DNA of 64,000 bases from Bugula neritina (lineage: Eukaryota > Animalia > Bryozoa): contig OZ037765.1 in assembly GCA_964035545.1 (NCBI GenBank), positions 6,086,698 through 6,150,697 on the forward strand, written 5' to 3'. Every line of letters begins with the position of its first letter. Within the stretch, counting starts at the first letter, position 1. The notes below the pieces were generated by a model. That model saw nothing but the letters and a program-made list of their open reading frames with translations, was not told the DNA's origin and made no database searches. Made by a program: the position numbers and the translations under genes. Positions 30,601 to 44,679 of the stretch are shown here, one piece after another.

Positions 30601-33600
30601 TGTAGGAATTCCAGTATAGAATTTAGTTTGCTCATCTGTAGTGGTGAAAGTTTTAAAAACTTTTACTTTTTCAATAGTTGCTTTTTGTTTAAACGTGGAA
30701 CTTTTTGAGCCTTTTCTTCCAACTTTTGATTTTCGTCTATCAATAGAATGTGCAGATCTTTTTTTCTGAGTAGTTGATGATTCTGGTAACTCAGTTACTT
30801 CTGATGAAGTCTGACTATAAGGATGGCTGTCAGATGAGTTCTGTTGCTCTATATCAGCTGACTCTGTTGAAGACGTTTTCTGTTCGATTCTTTCACATGT
30901 TTCATTAAAACCACTGTTTTTTTGTGCGTCTTACATTATATGCTTTAGTGCATTGGTAACCCAAATGTAGGGTTGGAGTTAGATTTTGCTCAGTGGGCTG
31001 ACCATCCTTATGATTATGATTATGATAGTCTGCTGTGCTCTCTGTAATCTACAGCCACCATTGGTGACTGATGAAACTTAGAATTTGAAGTAAAAATGTG
31101 TTATTTTTACCTGTGCCATTTTACTAGAAATCTATATCTAGCTTTTATAATATAATATTCTTGTAATTTTTCATCATAGCAAGAACTAAATTACATTGTT
31201 TCCACACTAATATTTCATATATTTATAGTTTATTTGAAAGCTTACGTTGTTTATTGTGGATGCAGTTGGCTGCTGCAGAAACTGACTACTATTTTCAAAA
31301 TTTAAAAGGAAAACAAATTCTTGGTGCAGAAGTGGCAGAATATGTAATACAATTTTTTTCAAATTGAAAGTAAGAAATGGGGTCATTTCAGCATTTATAA
31401 GCTGCACATAATAGCTTATGTGTATATTTATACGATGTGGACTTGCTATTACTGTGAGCTACAATATTACCAGCATGGGTGGTTGATTTAACCTCTTAGT
31501 AGTTCCCATGGCTTACATACAATAAAATTCTAGTTGAATAGAATATTTACTATTGTAAAGTACAAAACAAATGACCAAAATATTTCATTTGTTAAACAGA
31601 AGTTTTGTAATACTACTGTGGATTGGCTACTGTACATTAGCTAGATGTAGGCGGAGTCCACACTACCCAGCCATCCAGATGCATATACTAAAGGGCCATT
31701 CAAAAACCAGCCAATCAAAGTCATGTACCAAATTCACAGATGTTTACTGCAAGCTTCCAATGCTAAACAATAACCCATTCAAGCTGCAACAACAAATAAC
31801 TACTAAGCTGGCAGTTATGTAATAATTGGCCTTAAGTTGCAAAAGTGTACCAGGTCATTTTTCTAGACATGCAATTTTTAATTGCGTTTTATAAACACTT
31901 AATTTAGACATTTTAAAAAATCATTTCAAGAGTCATCAATTTAAGATATGAAATTAAATAATGCATGAAAAAAAAGTTGCACAACTAGCTTTTAGAAGCA
32001 TGCATTTTGCAATTGAACTTGCAGAATTTTATATCAGTTACAATGGTAAGACATTGACCTGGTACACTTCGCTGATTGGCTGAGTTTTACATGGTCTATT
32101 ACTTCATAGCCTTCAGCGTTTCCACAGTTGAAATTTAATACAACTCTGTGAGGCTAGCAGCAATCTTTACTCTGGCACATCTTTCTGGCTCCAAATATCG
32201 AATAAAGGCCTGGTCTCACGCTCGTGAGAGTCACACGAAACTCGTGTGACGATTTTTGTGAGTTATCCTTTCATTATGACCAGCCACACACTCTTCGGAT
32301 GAAACACATAATAAATAGTCCGTGAATGAGTCTTGCATAAGGATACAAACAGCAGAAAATTGCCAGACACAGAAACGTGGTAGAAATGAAATAATCACTG
32401 TTGCTAAAATTCTATCGACCAATCAAATGGTGCTTATCGTTAATTGCGATTTTTCGTTTATCGTCTTCGTTGGGTGCACCCAACGAAGACGATTTTGTTT
32501 GAATTACCTCAAATTTGATCGCACGTTTGTGATTTCATGTCAAATAGACGATTTCGTGTGATTCTCACGAACGTGAGGCCAGGCCTTAATACACCTTCAC
32601 TGCTGTTACACACTTGCATTTGTTATAAGTGTGTATTTTATCATATGTTATGCAAGCTCTCATTTCAGAAAAAAGCACGAATTCTAATAATTTTCACGTT
32701 GAGTGTCGAATTCCAGTGCTGAGGTCAACTGATTTTTTACTTCATTTTAGAATCTTCTCCTATCTGGATGTGACAACTCTATGTAGATGTGGCCAAGTAT
32801 CAAAGGTATTTACTACTCTATCCCTGATGGCTCATAGATGTACTATTTAATACGAGTTTAATAATACAACAGGTGTCAGGTTGATACTACAGTAAATCAT
32901 ATTGACTTTTGTGCTTCAGTACTGGAACCTGTTGGCGTTGGATGGCAGCAATTGGCAGCACGTAGATCTGTTTGACTTCCAACTTGATATAGAAGGTCCA
33001 GTGATAGACAATCTGTCCTCCAGGTTCGGTGGCTTCCTGAAGTCACTGAGTCTGAAGGACTGCAAGAGTGTGGCCGACTCGTCTCTGAGGTTAGTAGAAC
33101 AGGAAATCAATAACAGGTAGCATTTTAAATAGTCGTCACATACCCTTTGGGGTAAAGCATACATCACAACGTAAACAGCGTTAGCTTTACCTTGATACTT
33201 GCACTTGACTTTTACCTGCAAGTTTTTCAAGTTTTTCTGCAAAGTTCTTTCTGCTTGGAAAATCGTTTAAGGCAGCATCGATTTGGAGAGAGTCTCGAGT
33301 TTGGGCTTGAAGCTTTGCCAACAACGTGTACTCAGTCACTTCCAACGTTATATTATCTTTACTTGACAAATTAACTGCAATGCCGAACATTGTGGTAGAC
33401 AGTTTATGCGTCCCTCAAAATAACAGAGTTCCCATAGTAACCCACAGTATAGACTGAGTTCTCGCATGCTATTCTATGTGTATTACAGGACACTCTGCCA
33501 ACGCTGCCCTTCCATAGAAATACTCATCCTTCAAGGATGCAAGCTAATCTCTAGCTTGTAAGTCAACATGCTTCTCACTATTTGCAACAACAGTTTGTTT

Positions 33601-35602
33601 ATTATTACACTGATTCTTATGTTGGTATACTAAATAGTTCTGTAATTGGTTGGTGAGGTTAGATATCTAACATGCTGTCACTGTTTAGTGTTAGTATGAA
33701 CAGTTGTTTATCACCTCACCATACCATACTGGTGCCTGCACAAATCTGAAATATTTACCCAGCAACTGGTGTAGAATTTATGCAATTTCAATAGTATTCT
33801 ACTTACTGCGTTTATAGAACCTGTGTTAATATTGGAAGCATGTGCAAAAGGTTACGGAAATTGAATTTAGAATCATGTGAAAGAGTTGACGACTCTGGCC
33901 TTAAAGCTATTGGGTGAGTGTAATCTACAGTCTACACACTTTGAAATGTGTGAAGTCTCTGTTGTGTTGTGTTGTGTTGTATGGGTGTGTAGACATTTTG
34001 ACTATCAGACAACTTTCAAGTGGAAGTGAAAATTGAGTAAAACAAACCCTTTGTTAGAATGTGATTTTATAGCTTTTCCAACATATTTTGGCAAGAAAGG
34101 AATGTGTGGCTCTTCCTCCAGGGTATTATTCAGAGTCTGTAGAGACTGTGTGTTGCTCAGAAATGTAGTTTGCTGGTTGTGTTGTCACTATGTAATGAAT
34201 AATCCATAAAGAGCTTTTATCTCGGCAATTATTAATGAGTATATTATTTATATTTCTCTCTTCTGCATTGTACATTTGACAAACATGGATTGTTTGCTAT
34301 AGTCTGATAAGAGCTTGGCAGGTATAAATTATGTAGAAAGCATTTAGACCTGCTGGCAGGTATTTGCAGCTATTGCTCGGAGTTCTATTATATTTAATCA
34401 ATATAAAGTGTACATCAACAATAATGCGTAGGCAGTGTAGTCCTGGTAGACTGGTGATATGGCACTGCACATTAGTTGTTTTAACTTTGAACAAAATAGT
34501 TACCTGTATATTTTCCATGCCAAGTTGTTGATTTGAACACTATTCACTTGTTCAAAGTACTAGCAAATTATGTATTACCTATTTTTTTTACTTTGGAAAG
34601 ACAACTTCCGAGTAAATTGTAACATAATTTAAAGCTAAAACAAAGTGTGGTTCAAGTATATAAGATAATAACAAATATAATAAGGTATGTAGATTGTTAA
34701 GCTTACACATTTTTAATAGTGTGTAGCATGATGATGATAATATGCTTTATAGCAGTGAGGGTTAATATAATAAGATAATGAATGTAATAATATGTATAGA
34801 TTGTTAAGATTGCCTATTTAATCTAGGAAAGGGTGTCCCAACCTGGAGTCCATATCAATTTCATGGTGCCATAGAGTCACTAATGAGGGAGTTATGGCCA
34901 TCTTCACTTCCTGTAAGCAACTTCAACACATCTACTGCAAAGGGTGCTCAATGGTAATCCAACAAATCAACTATACAAAATAATACTAATTCCTTCAAAT
35001 AGTCTTTTTTGGATAATGTTGCATGATACTTTGTCTGTTTTAGTTAACCGATGACTGCATATATTCTCTGGCCGAAAATTGTCCCCAACTCACGTCACTC
35101 GACATACATTCTATAGTGGTGAGTAGTTATTCATATTACTTTTCTAGTGGCTCATCACCGCCATTATCTTTCTTTTGCAAGTTAATTTGCCCGCAAAGTT
35201 ATCATACTATGCCAGTAAGTTACTTGTTTCAGCTCGAAATGTTTTCAAGTGAAAATATTACAGCGAGTGCCGAAATGAAGGAGCAATGTATGTTGTATCT
35301 AATCTTTGGTGATAAAAAGATTTGAATTATGGGTTTCTGCTTCAGAATATAACAGATATAGCTTTAAAGAAACTGTGTGAGAGCTGTCCCGGCATAACGT
35401 ACTTTTGTATCTCGAGATGTGTAAGATTAATGGATGCCACACTAATAGCTTTAGGAAACAACTGCCACAAACTCAAGACTCTGGAGGCCGCTAGCTGTTC
35501 ACAGTTTACTGATGCTGGTTTTAAAATCCTTGCGCAGGTAAAATGCTACAGTTTTCACACAACTTAGAGCTAACCTACAATGATGTGTTGTGTAAAGTAG
35601 AC

Positions 35603-35640
<38 letters not shown>

Positions 35641-37126
35641 CGTATGTGTGCAATGAATGAATGTGTTGTTCACAAAACTTCTTGCTGTATGATACAACCT
35701 GTTTACTGAGTGCAATTATTATTTTTGTTCTCCGTCTGCCATGTTCAATATTTTCTGCTCTGTATTTTGTAGAACTGCCCTGAATTGGAGAAGATGGATC
35801 TCGAAGAGTGTTTAGATGTAAGTGGCCGTACTGTACCACCGCTTCACATGTTTGAATAAATTAACTTTTTGATTTTTTTTACTAAAATATTACACAAATT
35901 TATTTAAAAATTGGGATGTATTTTTGTGTTTTATAATATTTGAATATTACTTTAACACTGTTTTTGTTGAGCATAGCTTTGTCTTTTTATTTACATTTAT
36001 ACTTTAGACAGCTAATGAAACTACCTAACAAATCATTCGATGCAAAAAAGTAAAACAGCCATTACTTTTAGTTTCACAGTTTTTCTATCAACCACACTTT
36101 CTATAGGAATCTTTTATCTGGCAACATAATGGTTCTGTTGCAGATCACAGATTTGACTTTACAGAACTTAGCTATTGGTTGCCCGAATCTTCAAAGTTTG
36201 GTAAGATCTCTTGAACTCTGTATACGCGTAGTTGTATTTTTGTAGGCTTTTGTTAGTTACTTATGTGACTGTTTGCTATAATAACCATCACAAATATGTT
36301 GCTGTAGAGTTTATCTCATTGTGAGAGGTTAACTGACAATGGAATATATCATCTTTGCCATAATCTCGCTGCAAATGAGAAGCTGCGGGTCTTGGAACTT
36401 GATAACTGTCCAATGATATCTGATGCTTCGCTGGAACACTTGCGAGAATGTACAGCCCTTGAGAGATTAGAACTATATGACTGCCAACTTATATCTAAAC
36501 AAGCTATTCGTAGACTTAAGGTATGCAGAATCTTGTTTACATTTTTAAAGAAAGTTTTTTCCTAGTTTTTGAATGTGAAATTTTTACCTGAATATAATTT
36601 TTTAGTCTATGATTACGACTGTAATTTAATTATATATATATTATATACTAACACTAAATTCAGTGGTGAATCATTTTCATTAGAAATTCTATTGAAGTCA
36701 CTATTTCTGGATTTATTGGTTAAGAACTAACATTTTGATTAAATACAGTAGCATTAACACCTATTTTGTACTGGATTGTTAATCAAACATTACACATATT
36801 ATGGCATTTCTGCTTTGATTATTTTCAAAGTAATGATTGCCAGGCAATATCACTGTTTAATTTTCTATAAAGAACACCTACCTCTTGAAAAAGCATTTTT
36901 GCACCCGTTATATAACTGTTTTCAAATATTTTTTGATTACTGATAGTTGCATGATCGCTCATTTTTATCAACTAACTTGCATCAATCTATTACATTGCTT
37001 TGTGTCTATTCCTTGTAGAATGACTTACCCATGGTGTTGGTGCACGCTTACTTCGCCCCTTTAACACCTCCACAACAATCAGAAGGAAGACGGCAACGTT
37101 ACTGCAGATGTTGTTCACTACTTTAA
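24691..37126 (+). CDS. FBXL20: F-box/LRR protein, FBXL20/FBXL2 orthologue, with C-terminal CaaX box
   Basis: Exon 1 24691-24786; exon 2 ending 26923 (EALINRKLPKELLLR); 32751-32805 (IFSYLDVTTLCRCGQVSK); WNLLALDGSNWQHVDLFDFQ; LRR exons to 36520; last exon 37019-37126 VHAYFAPLTPP...RYCRCCSLL*. Confidence 0.93.
27942..32097 (-). mobile_element. Defective ISL2EU/PIF-Harbinger-type DNA transposon with ~1.07-kb inverted arms, in FBXL20 intron 2
   Basis: Termini AT|AGACCATGTAAAACTC...GAGTTTTACATGGTCT|AT (AT target duplication); arms 27942-29015 and 31018-32097; transposase remains between them. Confidence 0.88.
28953..31010 (-). pseudogene. THAP + HTH + DDE_Tnp_4-type transposase pseudogene with one intron
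   Basis: THAP tail KDGQPTEQNLTPTLHLGY; FYTGIP; probable intron ~30575-29735; LLLALMKLR; CIIDCTEIF; TWSEYK; premature stop at 29298; MADRGF; RIHVERAI; ends CALCNLQPPLVTDEI*. Confidence 0.85.
32206..32586. mobile_element. Harbinger/Tourist-like MITE (381 bp)
   Basis: TAA|AGGCCTGGTCTCACGCTCGTGAGAGTCACACGAAA...TTTCGTGTGATTCTCACGAACGTGAGGCCAGGCCT|TAA: ~35-bp imperfect TIRs and a TAA TSD. Confidence 0.88.
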
Positions 37127-37727
37127 ATGCCAGCGCTGTTTGTCATTATAAATGATATTTGCCAGTTGAAATTTGAAACATTCGCATGTTTTGGTATGCC
37201 AATAACCATGCTGATTAGTTGGTGACGGAAGTAGCTTCTCCATCTGGAAAAGCTTATCAGATCTTCTCTTCTACCTAGTCATATAAATATTTTAGTGCAT
37301 ATTATTAAATTTATCATTTTACTCTTAGGTGAAAACACACCTGCTGGACTATTTTGTGCGGTATACTATTTACTAGGTTGTGCAACAGTTACTCTCGAAC
37401 TCTTTATATTATTGTGCGTACAATTATATAGATATTTTCATTATATTATTTTATATAACATTTTGTATTATTGGTCTCATCATTATTTAATTTTTGTAGG
37501 TAATATATCTACCTTTCAAAACCCAATACAAAAATGTGCCACAATTTTTGTTTTAGGTCACACCATTTTAAAGTACATCTTTTCAAAAATCAGTGTAACA
37601 CATCAAAATGCTTTCAGACTATTTCTCACAACCCTGTTTATTTAGGATATGTACAACCGCACCGCACAATTAAGACCTGTATTGTGACATTCCTAGGATT
37701 TATGGACCATCAACACAGTATCCTCAC

Positions 37728-37879
37728 TGAATGGTTCTATTAGCAGCTCCGATTTGGGGTGAAGGAGTGCAGTAGTTTGTGGTTCTCGACTTTGGAGTTT
37801 TAGTTGGAACTCCAAACTTGAGAATCTCAAACTATTGCACTCAGTCACCCCAACTTGGAGCTGCTTATAGAACCATTCA
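37728..37879. repeat. ~150-bp imperfect palindrome (MITE-like hairpin) between the convergent FBXL20 and TUBD1 3' ends
   Basis: TGAATGGTTCTATTAGCAGCTCC...GGAGCTGCTTATAGAACCATTCA; pairing continues almost to the centre. Confidence 0.8.
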
Positions 37880-38220
37880 TCCTTCACTAGTATGTTTGGA
37901 AGGTTGAGATTGGGCAACCTGCTTGCTTGGCTATTGCATACAAGTAACTAGAGTACTTTTTACAATTTATATTTGTTTTGATCTACACTTTTGGTAGTGT
38001 ACTCACTATCATTGTAGCTTTGTAAAATTAATAAACTACTCTAAAAATCATTTCAATTATTTTCAAGCGCTAGTTTTAATTAGTACAGGTCAACTAACCA
38101 TTGGCCACTGACTCTTGCGTTTCATGTGGGCCATGCAACTGCGACCACTTACCAAGTGTCAGAAAATTAGAAAAACTTTCATTTAACAACAGTTCCAAAC
38201 CATGTATAAGACCCATTGTG

Positions 38221-40743
38221 TCACGTTATGGACAACCTCTGATAATCACAAATAACACTTTCTAAAATGGTGAAACAGTCCAAGAAGTCCTCACTAGTCA
38301 ACCCATGTTTTTCATACTGGTGGACATAGGCTTTGGATGTAAACATATTCCAAGCCTTTAAAACAAGTTTGTCAATGGCGTCTATACTTATTTGACTATT
38401 GGTTAACAAACTTGCTGACTTCTCGTAGCCTGAAAAAGGTCTGCTGTTTGTATAAACTTGGAGTCTTTGATTAGCAGGCAACCACTTTGGATACATAGCA
38501 CCTTCGTTGAGACTGTCAATGGGTACGGATGCTGCACCTTTCCCACGCAAGACTAGGGCGTTAGCCACCGATCTGTTATAGTCAGAAGCTGGGCGTACTT
38601 TCATTCCCCAGTTGATACCTGAAACAAAGATACTAGTTTGCTACCATCTCATAAATTTCTATAAATTAAACACTTTTTTACAATATACAACTTCTTGAAA
38701 CCAATGATGTCTAATGTGCCAAAGAGTATCATCACCTTCCTCCATATGAGCTTTGGCAATAAGCATTTGCCTAAGGGTCTTGACTGTTGACTCCCACTGA
38801 AATGTGCTGTATTGTATGTTAGCATCTGCTATCATTGGTATAGTGAGTAAAGATGCAAGTCTATAACTTGGGTGAGCATACAGCTGTTGTACAAAATCGC
38901 CTGCAAAATAATGTTCCCTAATAAATGCATATCAGAAAAAACTGTTCTTACTAAAAAATCCAACTTTGAAAACGGTAAATATTTATAAAAGTGCAGTGCA
39001 TACGTACCGAGAAAATTTTTACTCCCAGATGTCGACGCAGCAGGCGCCAGAAAATGTGACATTTGGTGAGATATAACCTTGTTTATATGAGTGAATGAGA
39101 CATGTTTCAGCCCAAGACGTTTAGCACAGATCTGTTGCACAGGGTCATTCTCCACAATGATTAAACCATCTGCATGCTGAAAATAAACGTTCTTTATTAT
39201 ACATCTATATGAATGAAGTGCATGCAGATAAATCTATCACATGCAACTCAACTCAAAATGATTGACTACTATGTATGCTAGCTACCAACACACACACAAC
39301 CAGTGAAATAGATGGACCACAAAACTTTGGATATCTCAAATATAATGCAGAATTAAAATAGGCTATTTCACTAACATAACAAAACCCACAGCCACAACTG
39401 CCACATTATACTCATGACTGTGCAGTTTTCAAAGCTTGTTTTATAACAGATCCAACAAGAACACTTACTAATTGTATGCATACAACAAGTTTTACAAGCA
39501 AATATCTCATAATTACTTGATATAAATGTGCAAGAGAGAGCAGAGAATTATAGCTCTGCACAATGACTTCTCCACTCTGATATGGTGCAACTACTTCATT
39601 GAGAATAAAAGCTTTTGGGTAGACATCACGGAGCATCTCAGTAACGTAAGTCCCAAGACCAGATCCCGTTCCCCCAGCCAAACTCATTAGGCAAAGGAAA
39701 CCATCAAATCTGTATAAATATTTTCTGTATAAATATTTTCACTCAAAACAGCTTGTTAAAATCAAGAGATTATTTATAAAAATAAAAATTGATTTAATTC
39801 ATGACAATGAAGAGACAAAAAATTATTTTTGTACAGTTTAATACACAAAAAAATAGCCATCAACAGTTCTAGTAACAGCACTGAGGCATGGTTGTGGACA
39901 AATTCTGAAACTTGATAAATTGGCTATTATCACTGGACAATCTTACCTGTCACAGCCTTCGACTTGAGTTCTAATTAGGTCATCTATGGCTGCATCGCAC
40001 TCTTTCCCATGCACACAGTAGCCATGTGCCCAATTGTTGCCAGAACCGGCTTTCTGTGAAAAATATTGCTTGTTTGAATATTGCCAGTGACTACATTGTC
40101 TAGCTGTGGCTAAAGATTGAAGAATTACTTTGGATTCCATGTCTATAAGCACAGATCTAGGAGTATACGAGCTTTTCCCACCTTTGGCTTCATTTCTTAT
40201 GAAAAATCTATCATAAAACAGAAATGAAAAATCTTATCTAATATTGAATACTTAGATATTTCCAAAAAACATCCTTATTTTATTGCTGATAGAAAATGTA
40301 CCTAATTTCAACCTTAATAAAAAACCTATATTTGAGTCACATTAAAAACGTTGATTAAGTTCTTGCAAGTTGCATTACCATCAACTTTCTAAGAGTCAAT
40401 GATGGTAGCATGACACTATACTAACCCAAGCTTTCTGTGCGGCTGTTTACAGTACAAAATGTGGTTTCTTTCAGACAAATAACTATGTGATGCTCAATAA
40501 AAATGGATATAAAGCAATAATAGCAAATCTCATGGACAACAAATGTGCCATTCATGTAGCTTACATCAGTTCTTAGATTTAGACATGAAACATTCCAGAC
40601 CTATCAAGCAGATCTTTTTGATACTGGTCTAAGCTCGTTTGTGAACCACCATCTTTACCAAAAGTGTCATTCATCAGTGAATTGAAAAACTCTGTCCCAA
40701 GTTGATTGCCACATTGACCAAGCTGAACTGTTATGAATGGCAT
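38221..40743 (-). CDS. TUBD1: Tubulin delta chain
   Basis: Starts [16 protein letters not shown]; [11 protein letters not shown]; [10 protein letters not shown]; [11 protein letters not shown]; [19 protein letters not shown]; [19 protein letters not shown]. Confidence 0.93.
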
Positions 40744-41703
40744 TGCAGGAAAATAAATTCTACAAATAAAAATGCATCATTTTACAAAATAGTGCTCATC
40801 AGTTATGTTGCTATATTCATATTAATTAAAGTTAATAATTGGTAGATTAAGATAGTTGGTGGCACATCGTTGGGAGCAATAAAACTTGATAGTTCATCAA
40901 GTATATCAAATGTCGTAATTACTCAACTATTATTGTGAGCTTGCTGTATAGGTATTATATCATATAAATTATAATACTTATACTTATAGTTATACTTATA
41001 TGTTATATCAATATCGTCTATCAGTAATACTAAGTCTAATACTAATAGTAAAAGTATTACTATTACTGACTGTATTAGTATTAGTAATACTAATACAAAT
41101 AGTATATACTTTATAGGCCTAACTAAAAGTGCTAAAATGTTATTTTCATATTGATATTCTGCTTCATCTTGAATTTGAATTGTCATTGATGATTAAATTT
41201 CAATTCCAATTTGATAATCATAATGATATTATTCAATTTCATATTGATATTCAATTCGACAACTTTTACTTAATTTATTCTCATTTTGATTTTGTGACAG
41301 ATATCATATTCAGATTTAGTAAAAATTATATATTAAATTCCATATGCAAAAATTTAGGTTTACGCTCTCTTTTAGTTTTAGTCTTTAAATGTTGGTGCTG
41401 CAAATTTAACAATTACTTCTATAGTTTAAGTTTTGGCATACTGAAACTCTAGCCATTTAATTTTATTATTATACAATACTGTTAGTGACTCTAGCTCGTA
41501 ATTCTTGTTTGATAGCTTGTTCGAAAAAACACTTTGGGACGGGTCGCGCTAAGGTGGTAATATGCATTTAAATGTGGTGGTCGATGCGTTGTTTGCGGTA
41601 TGGCAAAGTTTTGCTTAGCGCAGGCAAGAGCTTTCCTCTACTATTTATAACAAACTCTTAATTTGACAATTAGTAACTGGGGCTATTGCGCATTTAAATA
41701 AAA

Positions 41704-41852
41704 AATTGCTTTAAACAGCTCCAAGTCTGGGGTTACTGATTACAACGAAGTCCCAAGTTTGGGGTTGGAAACTTGGAGTTCGGACAACCATGTCAATGTG
41801 TATACAAAGACTGTACACAGAAACTCTGAACTTGGTGCTGCTTTTAGCGATA
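41704..41852. repeat. Hairpin element copy 1, in the TUBD1/MRPL50 head-to-head region
   Basis: Terminal inverted repeat (CAGCTCCAAGT...ACTTGGTGCTG) around core GAGTTCGGACAAC(CATGT)CAATGTGTATACAA. Confidence 0.7.
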
Positions 41853-42737
41853 TTCATTTTTTACCTTTCTCAGCATGATTTACTATCACGTAATATTTCC
41901 CCGACATCAATTTTAACTTCAACTGTTTACAATATCAATTTAGTGCAGTCGCCAGACCCAGTCCGAGTTTAACATAAACAACCACAATTTCAGTTTGTTA
42001 TAATTGGAATTAGTCGGTTTCATGTAGTTTTACTTTTAGTTTTACTGATTTACCATCAGTATCATTATGATTATCAGTGAGACTCCGACTGAGTATGAGT
42101 ATGAGTATCACTATCAGTTTCACTACCAGTACGAGTATGATACAGTATGAGTATCGCTGACACATCATTAAAGTATCATACTATCAGCATATAGGAGAAT
42201 TGAAATTGAATATGACATTGACTATGAGTATCAATATGAGTATCAGTATGACCATGCGTATGAGTAGTACTAATACTAATACTAATACTGTAATAGTAAT
42301 ACTAATACTGCAATAGTATGACTATCACTATCATACACTTACAGTTACTGCTTAGTCTTACAGTTACAGTATGACTATGAGTATCAGTATCACTGTCACA
42401 CTGACAGTAACACTCACTGTGAGTGTGAATCAGAGCGTCTATAAGTATAATTAATAATACTAATCAAAACAGTTATGCTTATAGTATCAGTATGGGTATA
42501 CCATATATATCTAATATAGTTTATAAAATTACTAGTTCTGTTCCAGTTATACTTATTAAGCTTGATTTTTAAATGTGAAAGCAAACAGTTAAATCTGAAT
42601 AATTAAGTCCAACTCAAATACACTTTTAAGCTCAACTCTTCACTGCCATTCTATGTTAATCTTAATTTTCAAATTTCAGCGTGGAATATTTCACTTTGCG
42701 TCAATTTATCTTTAACCTAATCAGCATTTACATCACA

Positions 42738-44611
42738 ATGCTACGGATACAAGCTTTCATAAAATCATATCAGTCTGGTTCCATGCTTTCAAGATCAGTC
42801 AATTCCAATGAAGTTTCGTCTTGCCTTATTGTAAGTACATAATGTTAATATATATAGTACTTTTCATATTACATTTATAAAATTACGTATATACCCTCAT
42901 GTTGCTTTCTAAACCTAACTGACAGTGATGCCCTTGTTTAGTATGAGTGCAGATGTTTTTTAAGAAATAATTGTGTTGTGTAAATTTTATCAAAATGAAT
43001 TGGATCTCAAGTATGATATTCTAACAATTGTCAGCTTCTCATCCTTGCTATTGATTACGTGGTTTATTTCTTTCTGTGTTGTAAATATTCTGATTATCTG
43101 AATTTCCAAGTTCATCTTTATTGTCAGTTTATAAAAAAATGTTCTGTTAATTTCAGCCTGTTGAGTAATTTGGTTTGGCATTTTTGTAGAAATCCATCAG
43201 CTTCTTTAAAAAGAAATCACAAACTTCTTCGGAAGATTCTTCTGAAAGTGCTAATGCTGAGGTGATGAAAGAGTACCAGTATGATGAGACACCGTAAGTT
43301 CAACATTCTCAGAAAGTTTAATGCTCTGGTAAATTATATTGTTACTATTTGTACAAGTTCTTATGATACCATTCATATACAAGTCTTCATATTTGTTGAT
43401 CAATCTAAAATAATGGCTCTCTTGTTATGTTATGCGCTAATTTACAATGGCCAGGTTTACAGTCTGAAATTTGAACATTATATGAATTTTGATTTAAAAG
43501 TTTAGGTAGATGGTGATGAAGTCTAATTGAAATTCGCTCATTTGTTGAACTATATAATGTATATTGAACTTATTGTTTTGCTCAATCGTATTTTTTACTT
43601 TTCCACTGTAAGTCATGGTATTATCAAACTAATATGTCACATTTTCATACTTACCCTGCCTATTTTATCCAGTAATAATATGTTTTAGTATATGCGGAGT
43701 TATGTTCTATTTGACAGTCCCTTGCCTCCCAAGACTCACTATTTGCCTCCAGCAGATGTCCCACAAACTATATTATCCATTGCTAGGAAAGTCAGTGATA
43801 ATCCCAGCGTTTCATTAAATACAAAGTTTGTTGACAATGCTACTAAGTTTGAGGTATCCATTTTTCAGTTCATTTGTAACTTTTCATCAGGTTTTTTTTA
43901 ATTAATCCCTGTTTGACTTCATATGCTGAAGAGCGGAAACTTTTATTTCTCTGCAGATCATAAATATTACAAAATATAAAGCAATGATGTTAGAAAGCTA
44001 ACTGTTGAGTTGGATAAGAATTAAAAGGCAAAAGTGTTTGGGAACAGTAGCATCGAAACCTCTACCATAAGCTCATGCAAACCACAAATTCATATATATG
44101 AGCATCCAACTTGTAACTTTCATCTGCTATCATACTAATATGTTCTAGAGGGGGACAAATGATGCTATCATCTTTTTCTCCAGCTTCAATGAACTGCTGC
44201 TAGTTTGTAAAATTATAACCTTTCAAGTGAAATTTTAAATCTGTATTATGAAGTTTACTGATGTGATGTATTTTTTAGATATTAACCAAGTGCATTGCTG
44301 AATTTGACTTCCAAATACCCAGCTGTGAATTGGCAGAATTGAAATCTGTTGCGGATGTGGTGACATACTATAGTCTACCCAGGCAACCAGTGAGCGAAGA
44401 AGATAAACTTAAAAACTCTGATCTTCCAAAAAACCTTCACCTTCAGCTGGAACCTGTTAGATTTACTGAAGACACTAAAAGTTTTTTTAAAGGCAAAACT
44501 GCCTATCCACAAAGAGATACCATTGTAACGTCACTTAAATACAAGAACATTTATAAAGGCTATCAAAATCCCAAAATTTATACAAAAAAGAAAGGATATT
44601 CATATTTTTAA
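42738..44611 (+). CDS. MRPL50: Mitochondrial ribosomal protein L50
   Basis: Exons ~42738-42830, 43190-43293, 43718-43853, 44279-44611. YLPPADV...KFEILTKC...IPSCELAELKSVADVVTYY...LPKNLHLQ...TAYPQRDTIVTSLKYK matches recalled invertebrate mL50; presequence-like N-terminus. Confidence 0.85.
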
Positions 44612-44679
44612 CTATTATTAAAGTTTTTGTAAAATATTTCCTATACAATAAATATAGAAATTAAGAGTTGATTTTCATG

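Noticed and set aside
28217-31822. Paired near-identical ORFs (28217-28468 / 31571-31822 and 28632-28829 / 31207-31407)
   Set aside because: By-products of the inverted arms; no recognisable domains.
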